In this document: positions 36,061 through 49,884 of the stretch, piece by piece
Position numbering within the stretch: position 1 is the first letter of the stretch
Layout of the letters: each line of letters begins with the position of its first letter
Assembly: GCA_964247055.1 (NCBI GenBank)
Contig: OZ176053.1
Location: forward strand, 682,001 to 746,000
Length of the DNA: 64,000 nucleotides
Reading direction: 5' to 3'
DNA from: Paragordius varius
Lineage: Eukaryota > Animalia > Nematomorpha
The notes under the pieces: generated by a model
What the model was told of the DNA's origin: nothing
The model's input: only the letters and a program-made list of their open reading frames with translations
The model's database searches: none
Translations under genes and position numbers: made by a program

Positions 36061-37809
36061 TTTTTTTGGAGAAGGCACATTTTAAAAATGTTTTAATATG
36101 TATTATTGGGTTATTTAGATGTAATTTTAAAAATTAGAAAATCAGTTCCTAATTATCATTTAACAACTTTTTGGTTTAAAAATTTTTTCCAAAAGTTGCG
36201 TTTTTAACCACATTTCTAAGCCTTTTAAAATTTTAGCTCAATTATATAGTTATTTTTTAAACAAATTTAAGGAATTCGAGATATTCAGTACACCAAAATT
36301 ACGAATAGTTGGGATTGATTAGATATGGAAATATGTTTTATTTTAAATTGCAAGAAATTGAATTTGACAGGAAACAAAAAATACCACCATGCATGCAAAA
36401 ATTAAAATAAACCCATGTTCTTTTTATGTTAACTTCATATCATAAAAAAGATTATTTCAAATATATAAGAGAGGAGCTACGCATCCCTTGTTAACACAGT
36501 ATATAATTAAATATATTCAAATTTATTTCTTCGTTTCTTCAAACGAGACATATAATTTACAGGATATTTACAACACATAAAAATGGTGGGTTTTTGTTTA
36601 AATTTTCCGCTAAAATTTACGAAAAAATGAAATTATTTAGTAATGTCAATAAAAAGACAAAAATAAATTAATGCAATAACTATATGTAATACTAGGGGTT
36701 TTTAATGTAAATCGTATCTAACAGTATTTTATTACCAAAACTAGAGTGTAACTTTAATCACAAAGTATATTTAAAACATGCAAAACTTACATAAATCATA
36801 GGGGTATTGTAATAGAGCTAAGCTATTTCCCATTTCATTTCAGCATTCTCAACCATAACATTCCAATACAAAGTTTAGTTCGTTTTAATTTGTGAGAGCT
36901 ATAATTTAAACAAAAATGTTTTACCATACGAAAATGTTTCCAATAAAATAGTTGCTAATAGCGGTTGTTTTCAGGATTCTTCGCTTGAAGATATTCTCAC
37001 TTTACAATATTAATTAGTTAAAATATTATTTTATAAAAAAATTACTTGGTTTTTGATGCTAAGAATTAATGAAAAGATCGCACCATGTTAGCAAAATCGT
37101 AGCCGGAACAAGGCATGGGAAGTGAACATGCATGCAGGCACGCATCAAGTACCCAAAAAATATTTTTAAAAAAAATAAAAAATGAAAATTATTAAATTTT
37201 TCGTTGTATATATATGAGAGGGAACACGTGCGTTCCCTCTCCACCAATTAAAATAAAGTGCGCATTTGCGCCTTTTCTCCCCTTCGAGAAAAATCCGTCT
37301 GTTTGTTTGTTATTGCTTTTCCCTCTCTTCTCTTCTCTTATTATTCGCTTGTTTGTTTGGGCGCCTAGCTCGATCGCACATAATGTTTTGTTCTCATGTG
37401 CACATATAATAATAATAAAATATTTATTACAACATTGTTTTACTAGCTGGCGCCTATAAAGATTAAAAGTGAAATTCGCAGAAAATTACATGTTAAAAAA
37501 ATATGGCATATCTAAAAATAAATAATTGAAAAAATATATAAATGTGATCGATGCCTATAATTAAAATTAATCTAAAATTTAAAATCAAGTTAATGATATA
37601 GGTTTATAATTGAATATTTTAACAATTATGATATATTATTTCTCTATAAAATATTTTCTACATGATTTAAGTATTGTTTGATAAATTTATTTATTCAATA
37701 AACATTTTTCAACTTAAAAATTTATTAAATAAAATTATTAACATTGCTAATTGATAAAATTATAAAAGATAAAAGTCCAGCAATCAAAAGTCATATAAGT
37801 GTTTAATTA

Positions 37810-39687
37810 CACTGTGCAACAAATTTTATCCTTTTCTTTTAGACCAGAGTGAAAATTACGACATCTTATAGAGAATTTTTTTCTGAAAATAATGATATAT
37901 TTAATATTTTCCTAGCACTTTTTCACGAGCCTCTAAAAGGTTTCAAAAATCCAAAAATCATCAAAAATGCCTGTTTTTGTAACCCTATAACTTTTTGAAT
38001 TATATAGCTTATTATATTTTTTGGGGGGGATTTTACAAATTATATTTTAAAATTCATGTAACATTTTAAAATTTTTAAAAGTCTCTACTACTTTTTGATT
38101 TATTTGGAAAAAACGAAACTTAGCTCCAAAAAAATAGCGTTTCAAAACAATGAAAAATTAAGAGACATACTGGCATCATTTGATTGACAGCTTTTCATTA
38201 TACATTACTAAAATAATAAAATTTAATTGCTTTTTTATAAATCTGAAAAATAGTATATATATTTAACACTTGGATACAACACACTCATGTCCTTCGATTC
38301 AAATTGGGGTAGTTGGATACCCCAGGCCTTTTTAAAAACAAATACTTTAAAAAGTATGGAAATATTCTAAACCATGGCAAAATTTTGCACTTATATAACA
38401 TTTATAAACCGAAATATATTAAAAATTTTATTCAAAAATACTTCATATTACTTATTTTAAGCTAAACCCAAAGGTAAAAATTTCGTCAACGTGACATGTG
38501 TCAAATTGTAAAATTAAAAAATAATACAAAATAAACCGCTTTTCTATTTCAATCAATGTTAGATGTAAATTATATAAAAAATTAGCTTTAGTTTTACCCT
38601 TAAAATCAAATGAAGACGATATTGCAAAAATTTTGTAAAAATGGCGTCGAAGTAGTTTGAGATGGAACTTTTTTTTCAAAACAAAATTTTATCAAGATAT
38701 TTTGGCATATTTATATAATTTTTATCAGGATAGAAGCATAAATTTAAATTGGGACCGTTTCCTTCAGTATTTTTTTAGAAATATTAATTTAAATTTAGTC
38801 TGGGGTATTTAGATACCCCAATTTGAATCGAAGTGTTAATGTTATAATAATAAATTTAATAATGATAATATTTTTAAATTTATTAATGTTAATGGATAAT
38901 AAACTTTGTGTTTGAATTAATATTATATGATTTTTAGTATTATTTCAATTATGTTATTATATATTTTTGTTATTAATTTTAAAGTAAATTTATTTATTAA
39001 TGAATGCCTTTTTTGCTTTTCTGTTAGTTCAACATTTCAGTTTATATTTATTTGCATGTTTATATTTTTTATTTGTTGAAAAAAACTTTCGTATATTAAA
39101 AAACAAAATATCATAATTCATATAATCACGTACAATACATAATAAATAAATTTGCATGTTTAAAAGTAATTCTTATTTATAAATAATATATATCAAATTA
39201 ATATTATATATTTATTATTTTATTAATTATTTTATAAATATACTTGATTTAATCCTAAAATTAATATTTACATTTTTTAATTAATATTAACATTAAATTT
39301 TTCTATTTTGTTATGTATAAAAAATGGTATGGTGGCTGCACGTCTCTTAATTTTTCATTGTTTTGAAACGCTATTTTTTTGGAGCTAAGTTTCGTTTTTT
39401 CTAAATAAATCAAAAAGTAGTAGAGACTTTTAAAAATTTTAAAATGTTACATGAATTTTAAAATATAATTTGTAATATCCTCCAAAAAATAAATAATAAG
39501 CTATAAAATTCAAAAAATAATAGGGTTATAAAAACAGGCATTTTTGATGGTTTTTGGATTTTTGAACCCTTTTAGCGGCTCGCGAAAAAGTGCTAGGAAA
39601 ATATTAAATATATCATTATTTTCAGAAAAAAATTCTCTATAAGATGTAGTAATTTTCACTCTGGTCTAAAAATCGTGTTGCACAGTG
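37810..39687. mobile_element. Non-autonomous CACTGTG-terminal foldback element (Chapaev3/CMC-like) with ~350-bp TIRs, unit 1 only
   Basis: TTA|CACTGTGCAAC ... GTTGCACAGTG|TTA. The empty site TTTAATTATTATACAAT in unit 2 (~60082) shows a 3-bp TTA duplication. Confidence 0.88.
38267..38835 (+). mobile_element. piggyBac-type MITE nested in the CACTGTG element
   Basis: TTAA flanks; family termini intact. Confidence 0.85.
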
Positions 39688-40264
39688 TTATTATACAATA
39701 AAATGCGATCCTTTTCCAATCCAACTAGGGTTTAAAATCAATCACAGATAACTATATTTGTATGGAAAGGTGAACATTATTAAAAGCTGCTTATTACCAT
39801 AATATATCCATACTAATAAATATTAAATTTCAAATGGGAACCAATCATATATAAGTTGTTCTGATTAAGTTAGTTTTAAAACTGAACCAAAAAATGATTA
39901 ATAAGGTTTTAGAATAAATTGTCTCCTATTTAGGGGTAAGGGATAAGGTAAGAGAATGGACTTGGTTAAAGCTTGATGAAAAGGAAACATTAATTAAACA
40001 TTGATTTCATACTTTTTGTAGCATGGAGCAATACATAGTATGTAAAATAACGGAGATTTACCACACGACAATAGGATGAACAATTTATGATTGAAATTGG
40101 ATATTCTTATCACTAATACATTATACTTCTTAAATATGGATTTATATCGGTTTCAGTCGTTTTTAGAAACTGTATAGATATTTTTATTAAAAAGCAATTG
40201 TAAGTACCAAATAGGTTAAGTTAAAAATGTTAATTATTTTAATCCTCAATTTATAGGATATACT

Positions 40265-40380
40265 TTAAAGTTTTCGAGTTTGTGGGCTAGGGTTAGGGTG
40301 AGGGATTGGAGTTGGTTCATTTTCTTAAAGAAGTCCGGAGGACTTTTTCGGGCTGCGAAGCAGGCCGAGACCCACGCATT
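40265..40380. mobile_element. Short interspersed element with TTAGGG-like repeats and two terminal hairpins; copies at 29620-29720 and 52022-52120 (reverse) and 60845-60955
   Basis: GTGGGCTAGGGTTAGGGTGAGGG..GAAGTCC-GGA-GGACTT..CGGGCTGC-GAA-GCAGGCCG..CCCACGC; four copies in two orientations. Confidence 0.6.
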
Positions 40381-40883
40381 TTCTGTTCAAAATTTATAAA
40401 AATGATACGCCCTGTATTTATGAAAAATAATTACTTTCTACTAAACTTATTTAATATTATTCTTTTAGACTAAAGGTAAAAATTATAACAAACTTAGGTT
40501 AGATATATTTGAGAGTTTATTGTTTATAGTTATAAATCTATTCAAGTTTCAGCATAGAGAAACATTGGATGAAATATTATCCTAACTATAAGTGGTCTTA
40601 CAAACATTACATACTATTTTAAATAATTATTTTAACTGAATCTTATACATTTAAGAGATAGTTTCGTTTTTAAGTAAATCGGTAATTGGCCTAAAATTTA
40701 TGGCATTCAGTAATCGCTGATTATCTCTGCTTTATATTATTAATGCTGAAATATATTTATTTACATACTATTTTAAGAATGTTTATTCCAAACTAGATCA
40801 TCAAAATACTAACTTGGATACACCATTTGTTAAAATGAATATTTGTTAAATAAAATCTATTAATCGCATATTTTAAAATTTAA

Positions 40884-41420
40884 CTCTTGGATACAATACA
40901 TTTATGTAATGATTTATTAAATTAGTAAGTTGTAGTCCCAGGACTGTGTAAAATCAAATATTTTTCAAAATATGGAACAAATCAAAATCAAAGCAAAGGT
41001 TTGCATTTGAACCAAAAAAATAATTCATATTAAAACATTCCTTATCCCACCAATATACCTGATGGTAAAACTACCTAACATGACATGTGGGCTAGCTAGA
41101 TATAAAAATAATATGGAAACCATTTCTGTCAATATTTTTGCTAAATATCATTTGGAAAAAAAATAAACTTAAAATTAATTTTAGATATGATTAACGTTAA
41201 AATCTAAATACAATTTTTTGTACAAATGTTATAAAATAAAATTGGCCTAGAAGTCTGGTATGGAGCTTTTCTTAAACTGAGATAAATTTTTGAAGATAGA
41301 ACCATATATTTTAAACAAACCCTTTCATAAATTTTCATATCTATTTATATATGGTTTATGGTCACTAGTTAAACCAATTTACAAAGTATTAATTAGTCCA
41401 AATCTTTTAAAGGGAAAGTT
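40884..41420 (+). mobile_element. Old, diverged piggyBac-MITE-like copy (counterpart ~61470-62000)
   Basis: TTAA|CTCTTGGATACAA (unit 2: TTAA|CCCTTGGATGCAA), CCCAGG and CATGACATGTG landmarks of the family; right end unclear. Confidence 0.5.
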
Positions 41421-42832
41421 ATGAGTTAAAAATTTCACAAGAGAAATTGTTATGTAATTATCTGGCAGATGTTCAAAATTATATTAAAGTATAACAGCAG
41501 CCAAGATATATGTTTTCGTATTCGTATGATTTGGAGTCAAATTGAAACTTATTAAGATACGGTAGAAGATTTTAATTTAAATTGTTCTTAAATTTACACA
41601 TAGAGTTTACCTTTATATTACATTTAAAAAAATACAAACAATAGCCTGGTAAAAATTTTAAGGCTTTCGACTTTGCGGAGGGTTACAGAGATGGTGAAGT
41701 TGTTTAATTTCCAAGAATACTTCCTTTTTATTTTATATTGTTGCGCTAGTTGATATATTTTAGCGAGGTTAGCTCCTATAAATTTTACACACTTCAGTAC
41801 CAAATATATTACATAATCGTAACATTTTTCCAAAATGTTGGAAAATAACTGGCTAAAAACACTGTCGGTAAATTGCTATATTTAGTATTTAATCATTTAT
41901 AATTATATTTAAATTAAACCTCATTGTATATCGGAATTATTTTTTCAAATCCTTACATGCTGACTTATTCCATAACAAGACCACTTATAAGTTTAAATGA
42001 ATATATATAATATAAAGTCATGGCATAAAATATTTTTTAAACTGTTTTGAATGTTAGATTTTAGTTTCACTAAAGAATTTTTAGTTTATTTATGCCAGAT
42101 GGTACTCACACATACATAAATTCAAAAATAGGGCTAGCAACCTCATTCAGTGACGATACCTGGGTGGGAGAATGGTACTTTAATCTTAAATGTTTAGGAG
42201 AATTTTTTAAATGCGCCCGGTCTAATATTTTTCAAATTTTGAATGATATTGGTAATAGACAAATAAATGTTGTACGATTTTTTTATTCCGACGCAAATAT
42301 GTATGGAATTCTATCAATAATAATTGGTAATTTATATAAAATACGCTACTCGCAAAATTATGAAATGATTTATCGAATAAAAAAGCCTGAAAAAAATCTT
42401 TTGAAAAAAATATGTCATACGATCTTTTAAGTAATTTTTGTTTTGTTCCTTTCAATATTTGGTGAAAAATTTAAATACGTAAATCCGATTAAAATTGGAT
42501 CAAAAATTATTTTACATTAAGAATTGAAATCATACGGACAGTGAAAATATATAGACAAATATTTTTTCCAAAAGACAACCATTTATATCAATATTTTTTT
42601 AAATATAGATGATTGTTTTAAATTGCAATTTATCCAATAAAGGGTATATTTCTTGCCCATCACTCATGTATTTTACAATTGTTAAATAATTTATAAGGGA
42701 AAAATTAAGGTTTAGAAAAGTATGGTTGTCTTTTGAAAAAATATTTGGCATAATATTTTTACGTTTTGTCCGTATATCATTTTATCTTTACTGTATTTTT
42801 TATTATACATACAATTTTAGAATAAAAACCAG

Positions 42833-45800
42833 ATACTTTTGAAACTCATGCTAAACCGCCTAAAACGGTTTCTTGGAAATCCGTCCATTATTTTCTGTAC
42901 TATGCACATGCTTTGACTTCATGGGTTTTATTTAACAATTATGTTTAATTACATTAAAATTGAAATCATAGAGGCAAAACGTAAAAATAAGCATATTATT
43001 AAAAAACCAACCATACTATTTTAAATTGCGTAAAATAAAGAATAGAGATGTAAATTGGTAACCACTCAATTATACATTACACAATTGTATTATGGTTTAA
43101 TTGGGAAAAATCAGAGATTAAAAATGGTTGTTTTTAAATAATGTCTTTTGGTAGTATATTTTAATTGTACTGTATACCAATTTTAGAAACTGAAATAATA
43201 TAGACAAAACATAAAAAGAAAAACAACCAACCATATTTTTGAACCTTGATAATTTATCGTTTGGTGGTGCAAAATAAGGAATAGAAACGTAAATTCCATG
43301 AATTATACATTGCGCATTTGTAATTATAGTTTATGTAGGAAAACTTAATGTTTAAAAAATAAAAATATTTGCCTTTTACTTTTTGTCTACATAATTTTAA
43401 AAAAAATTCAAAATCTAATTTTTATTTTATTAAAAAATGATTTTAGGGCAATCGTATGTGGAGATTTTGTGTGGAGATTTTTTTGATTCAACTTTCGCCC
43501 AATAATAATTTACGTTTAACGGCTCTGTATGGTTTTCTTTCCAGCCTGGCCATTTTTGTGTTTGGTCCCGCCGTAGGAAAATGGATCGATAAAAATGCCA
43601 GATTTAAAGGTAATAAAAAACGTAAATTAAGTAATTTCTTGTGATTAAAAAAATGTTTTATCGGATTGATGTCTTTTTTAACTTATTTTGGGCAAGTAAT
43701 ATACTTTAAGGAGATTTTATTATATTAAATCTAACATTTATGAAGAATCTCAATTAGTTTCATGATAATTTTATGTCCTTAAATTTATGCCATAAGTCAA
43801 AGACAATCATACTTTTTAGATGGGACGAATGATAAATTAGGTTCATCTGTGTTTTACAAAAATAATTTGTGATTAAAAAATCTTTTGCTAATAAAAAAAT
43901 TTATTTAATTCATTGTCCCTGGTATTAATCGAATTTAGACGCTCAAAAGCAATATTAATTAATTATGCAAAATATTTAGACTTTTTCAATATGTTTATTT
44001 ATATTTAAATATTGGTTTAAAATAAAATAATATTCCCAACCAAGTTAACACGTATATATTAGTATTGGCCAAAAAAATTTGGTTTTTTTATATTTGCAAA
44101 ACACACTATCACATACATTTAAGGATAATACGACTTACAAAATAAAATCGATATTACTAAAATGAAACACCAAAATAACATTTTTCTCAATATATTTTAT
44201 AATATATATTTTAAGAAAAAACTCGCGTATATTAAATTTACCTGACCCCAGTTTAATTACTTTTATGATTTTATGAAATAAGGAGCATGCAAACACTTAA
44301 ATTTTCATCGGATATTCGTATTAATTTAACAACATAAAAAGTTATAATTACTATGCCTCTCAATATTTTTCAATTAAAGGCATTTTTGTACTCAACAAAA
44401 AATATTCTATGGATTAGAGCTTTTATTTTGGTTTATCTGTTTAAAAGTTAATTAAAATTTTAATTAAATAAATTATTGCTTCAAACTAAAATTTATAAAA
44501 GTGGTAAATTTTAGCTAATCCCCAAATATACTTTTTACAAAATAAATAATTTTGTTAGTGTTTTGGGCCTAAATACTATAATCAACAATTTAGCCCCCAT
44601 TCGTATTTATTTTTATAAGGCATTTGACACGCTCATTACAGTAAAAACTGAAATTATACGGACAAAACGTAAAAATAAAGATACGAATGTTTTTTTTAAA
44701 AAAGACACTAACCATACTTTTTAAAGTATGATTTATTTCAATATAACTCATTTTTTAATTGGCAAAGTGTGAAATAAAGATATATATAACTAACACAATC
44801 AATTCTATATTTTACAATTGTAACTTAAAAGCTTATATTCGAAAAAAAATTTAAAAAAAGTATGGTGGTTGTATTTTAGTAAAATATTTGTCAACGTTTT
44901 GTACATAGTATAAGTTTAAATTTTACTGTATTTTTCATATCTGTTATACTTTATCGATAAAATATAATCTTCCACAAAATTTGACACACTCTATGATTAC
45001 ATATACTGTAAAAATAAAGATTATTAAAACAAAACGTAGAAGCTAAAAAAAATAAAAAATTCAAATTTATTATTCTATTCATCCCTTAAATGATTACGAT
45101 TGTGAAATGTATAATTATGAGTATTACCAAACAACATTTCTTTTCTTTATTTCACCCAAAATGACAATTAGGACATTCAAAAAAGGTCCAAATTAAGAAA
45201 AATAATTGTCTCCATGTTCTAACTAACATTTTTATTTCAATTAAATATATTAATTATTTCAACATTTAACATAGTCGCAAAAATTGCCCTAATCACCCAA
45301 AATGGATTAGTTACCTTGTGTGCCCTGGGATTTCTCGCCTCATTCCTCGTTGCATCTTACAATAATAATAATTTCAATTACAATTCCATCCCAATCAAGC
45401 GACTCCTTTTATGTTTCATAATTTTAACGGCAGTTTTAGCTGATATTGCCGCCATGATTTCCCACATAATCATGGATAAGGATTGGGTTGTGATCGTTGC
45501 TCAACAACATAAGCTCCAACTTTCAAGTTTGTGATTTTGCTTCAACAATATTAAAATCAAAAGGAAAATTTATTGTAAAAATGTTTTAAGTTACTTAAGT
45601 TCGTTAGGTTTAATAAAGGAATTTAACTGCAATATGATTTTAAAAAAAATCAATGTAAGTTTATTAAACATTTAATAGTTTCCATCGTGCTTTTTATAAA
45701 ATTAAGGATATTTTTATTCTGAGTAATAGATCTCGTAATGAAATATATTTTTAACCTTACTTACAGTAATGAAAATATACGTACAAAACGTAAAAAATAA

Positions 45801-48800
45801 AGACAAATATTTTTTTTAAAAGACAACCATACTTTTATCTTCAATATAACTCATTGTTTTAAATAGCAAAGTGTGAAATAGCGATATATAATAGTAACAC
45901 ATCAATTCTATATTTTACAGTTGTAACTAAAAAGCTTATATGGGAAACATTAAGGTTTTAAAAAGTATGGTTGTCTTTTAGATAAAAATATTTGTCTTTT
46001 TACGTTTTGTCCGTATAATTTCTAATAATTTAGGTGATTGAAATGTTCCGGGGGGTTGAATTGTTTGAAGGTGAAATTGAAATGTTTAAGGGTGAATATG
46101 AGCATATAACATATAACTTAAAACGACATGAATAGGTTTAAATGCCCAACTCAAGCGTATCGATTTACTGTGTAACATTTTAACACCGCTGTTTGCTGGA
46201 CAAATCTTAGCCCTGACCACAATGCTTACCGGAGTGTGTATAGTAATGGGTTGGAACATTTGTTCGGGTTTTCTAGAGTTTTGGCTTATTTCTTCCATTT
46301 ATGCTCGTGTTCCACGCCTGGCTTATAAAACTGATCTCACGTTCGAAGAACAACAAACTAAAAATGAAAATGGCGATTTTCAACTCCAAGCATTATTGGA
46401 TCGATCAAAACAAAAGCTTCATCATCATCAAAATATGAATCTCAATAAAACCAAGGTTAATTTAAATACACCGAATTCACTCGAAAGTGAAAATGTTATG
46501 TTAATGGAAAAAGATTCTTTAAAAAGGACTAGAAACAATAATAATGAATCTAAACTGGATGAAAATTTACCCCTTAAGAGTGGAAATAATTTTGAAACTG
46601 ATAATAATGGCGATATCGTCTCAAATAATACAAATATTGTCCAAAATATTTCAAGTCATGAATCAATTCCCTCACTTAATATTTATAATGCAGAAAATGC
46701 TGAAACAGCTTATAATTTGGCTAAAAATGGAAATGATAATAAATCTTGGATGTGGTCAAGCAAATATTTAAACATGACACAAATGGTTTCAAAGTAAGAC
46801 TTACTTTTCAAACTTTTATCTTACAGTAAAATTAAGAGATATAAAGCGTAAATTTAAAATATAAGATTTTGAACTTTTTTATTATTTGCACAGTGTTAGA
46901 AAGAAATTTGTAGAATTCACACAGGCATGGAAATTATATATGGGACAACGTATTCGATATGCTGGCATATCATTAGCCCTTTTGTACCTTACTGTTTTAG
47001 GATTCGATTCCATAACTGTCGGTATGGTTTCTAAAATAAATATTTAAAAACTCAAAAAAAGTACAGTATATAGAATTATAGAGAAAACGTAAAACATATG
47101 GACAAATATTTTCTTAAACAACGCTATACTATTTTAAACATTTGATTATTAAATATAATTCCTAGAACTGCAAGGATGAAATAGAGATGTAAATTGATAA
47201 TAATGCACTTATAATAAAAATTTAATTTTAATTAATTATAATTTTGGTAGAAAAAACAAGGTTTCAAAATGTATGGCTGTTTTTTAAAATATATTTGTCT
47301 TTTATTTTTTATGTTTTTTCCTTACAATTTCAATTTTTACTCTTAGTTTTTTGTTAAACTTAAAACCTGACTAAAACTCTTTTACTTTTCAATTCTCTAA
47401 GGTTATGCTTATGCCATGGGAATGACTGAGAATATTATAGGAATCATGGTAGCTCTTGGGGCTTTATTTGGGATTTTGGGGACATTTGCTTACCCCAAAA
47501 TCAAGTCGAGATATGGAATTCACAAAGCTGGTGTAATTGCTTTGATCGCACAAGTTTATAGTTATTATCATTTAAAAAGGATACGCTTTTCAATTTACCT
47601 TCAATTTTTTAGGCTCATAATTTGCGTTATTTTTTTAAATAAATTTGAATCTAGTATGAAAATACTAGAATCATAAAAAAGTTAATCTATAATATAAAAA
47701 TCCCCTTCCTTGTTTTAAACATTGAATATCTAAATTTTGATACATTTAAAGAATATTATTATAAAAGAAAAACACTTTTATAATTTAAAACAATTTTATA
47801 TGGAAAAACCACACTTTTACATATATAATTTTCAAATATTATAGATTACTTGTCTAAGTTTATGCATTTTCGCTTTTTGGCTACCCGGATCTCATTGGTT
47901 TCAAAGCAATGCTACTAAATATTCAAAAGCGGTCATCGATAAAATTAATAATTCTTCCAACATTGATAGTGTTTATAATAATGATAGTCGGAACTTTCAA
48001 AACTATACTATGGCAAAGACCTTTGAATCAAAAACTAAATTTGAATCTAAAAAGATTAAAATGATATTATCGGAACACAATAGCCTTGGTTGGCAAGAAA
48101 AAATGCGGAAAATTTTTGTACGAAACATGAGCCATATTTGGCTTTTCATATTTGGCATAGTTCTCTCCAGATTAGGTATTATTTGGGTTATACCTATAAA
48201 TTTTTTATGTGTTTTTGTAAAAGTCATTAAAAATATGGAAAATATATCCAGTTTCAAAAAAATTGACCATATTTTTTTTTAAATTTGGCTAAATATCAGA
48301 ATATTGATGCATGATTTTATATTACATTGATATTGTTTGCTCTTTGATTGGCTGGCTATAGTTTCATTAGGTAAATTAAACACCTTATATATACGCTCAT
48401 TTTATAGGCCTTTGGATGGCAGATCTAACCCTGAATCAAATTCTACAGGAATGCGTTGTGGAAAATCAAAAAGGAATCATTAATGGTATTCAACATTCAT
48501 TAATCATGATTTTTGAAAACGTAAAATATGCTGCGGTTATAGTATTACCATCTACCAGTACTTTTGGTTGGTTAGTTATCCTATCTTTCCTATCCATTTG
48601 CACAGCTCTTCTGTGTTTCCTAAAATACGTTTCCCAGGTTAAAAAAAGCAACCTAGTACAAAAATTACCTTATCAATATAAAGAAAAATCGAAACCATTT
48701 GAAGTTATAAGCGAGATTTTATTACTTACGAGGAATAGAGATAAAGAAACAAAATCAAATACCAAATTTCATTTCTCAAAAACTGGTTCATTATTTTCAA

Positions 48801-48943
48801 AATCCGAACATTCCAAACAATCCAATCAGTATGAAAAACAACAGACACCCAAGATTAAATTCCTAGAAAAAAAATATAGTATGATTGAGGCAGTTTATGA
48901 TCCAATAATGACAATACCATGTAACAACCAAGCCACAAAATGA
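42833..48943 (+). CDS. SLC40A1: Ferroportin (SLC40A1) copy 2; 5' end unresolved
   Basis: Exons ~42833-42924, 43447-43609, 45275-45526, 46136-46793, 46894-47021, 47402-47553, 47845-48175, 48408-48943; the frame is open from 42833. It lacks the in-frame ATG of copy 1 and has an in-frame TAA at 42823-42825 upstream of the alternative CAG acceptor. Confidence 0.85.
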
Positions 48944-49884
48944 AACATATTAGACTAATCAAAAATGAAAACGTTTTAAACTTTTTTTATAATTATTTAC
49001 ACACCTTTTAACTGTGATAAATTTCGTGATCGTTATAATTCTCACACAAAATATAGAAAGAATAGACAAACAAATATTTTTTCGAAAAAAACAACCATAT
49101 TTTTTAAATTGTGGTTTTTTTAAAAATATAAAACTCATAGTTTGTAGTGAAATTGCAATTATTTTATAGTTTATGTGTAGGTAAAATGATGATTTTAAAG
49201 AGTATGGTTGTTTTTTATTAAAAAAATATTTGTCTTTTTGGTTTCAACTGCCTAATTTTATTTTTTACTGTAACTATTACTACACGCACATGAAAATTGC
49301 ATTTAATATTATTTAAGTAACTTTCACGCCCGTTAATATGTATATCATTTATTATTTAAGATTCAATTATTGCATCTTTATGTGTAAAATATATATCAAT
49401 TAACACAATACAAAAATCACACATTTTTAATACCAATATTCCAAGTATAAATGAGAAACACTGTATAATCAATCACATCACAATATAATTATAAATGCAC
49501 ATATCGGATATTTTTTGAAATGTAATTAAAATTTAAACCAGGATAACCGGACTTATAAAAGAAAACGGATTTAGTTATAGTAAAATTTTGAAATTATAAA
49601 GGCAAAACATTGAAAAATATATTTTCATAAAGATGATTTTCTAATAATTTTTTTGTCAATATAACGTATCGTTTCTTGTTGCGATAAGGATAGAAATTAA
49701 TACAAAAAAGATAATTACTATAAAACTAATAGTCTTTAACTTTATATTTTGAAAAATAAGAGATAATTTCCGCATTATTCAATTATATTTTGCCTTTATA
49801 ATTTTAAGATTTACTGTATAACAACCGTTTTTCCAATTGCTTTTAATTTTTGTAAATTGAAGTAAATTTTTCTTGTAAAGAGAT

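Noticed and set aside
31747-38679. Short ORFs at 31747-31932 and 38452-38679, plus other 60-110 aa AT-rich ORFs in the track
   Set aside because: They fall within MITEs, satellites or introns, have low-complexity F/K/I/N composition, and their frames are not conserved between copies.
42140-42560. CAGTGA motifs upstream of ferroportin as an iron-responsive element
   Set aside because: The flanking bases do not form the required 5-bp stem with a bulged C.
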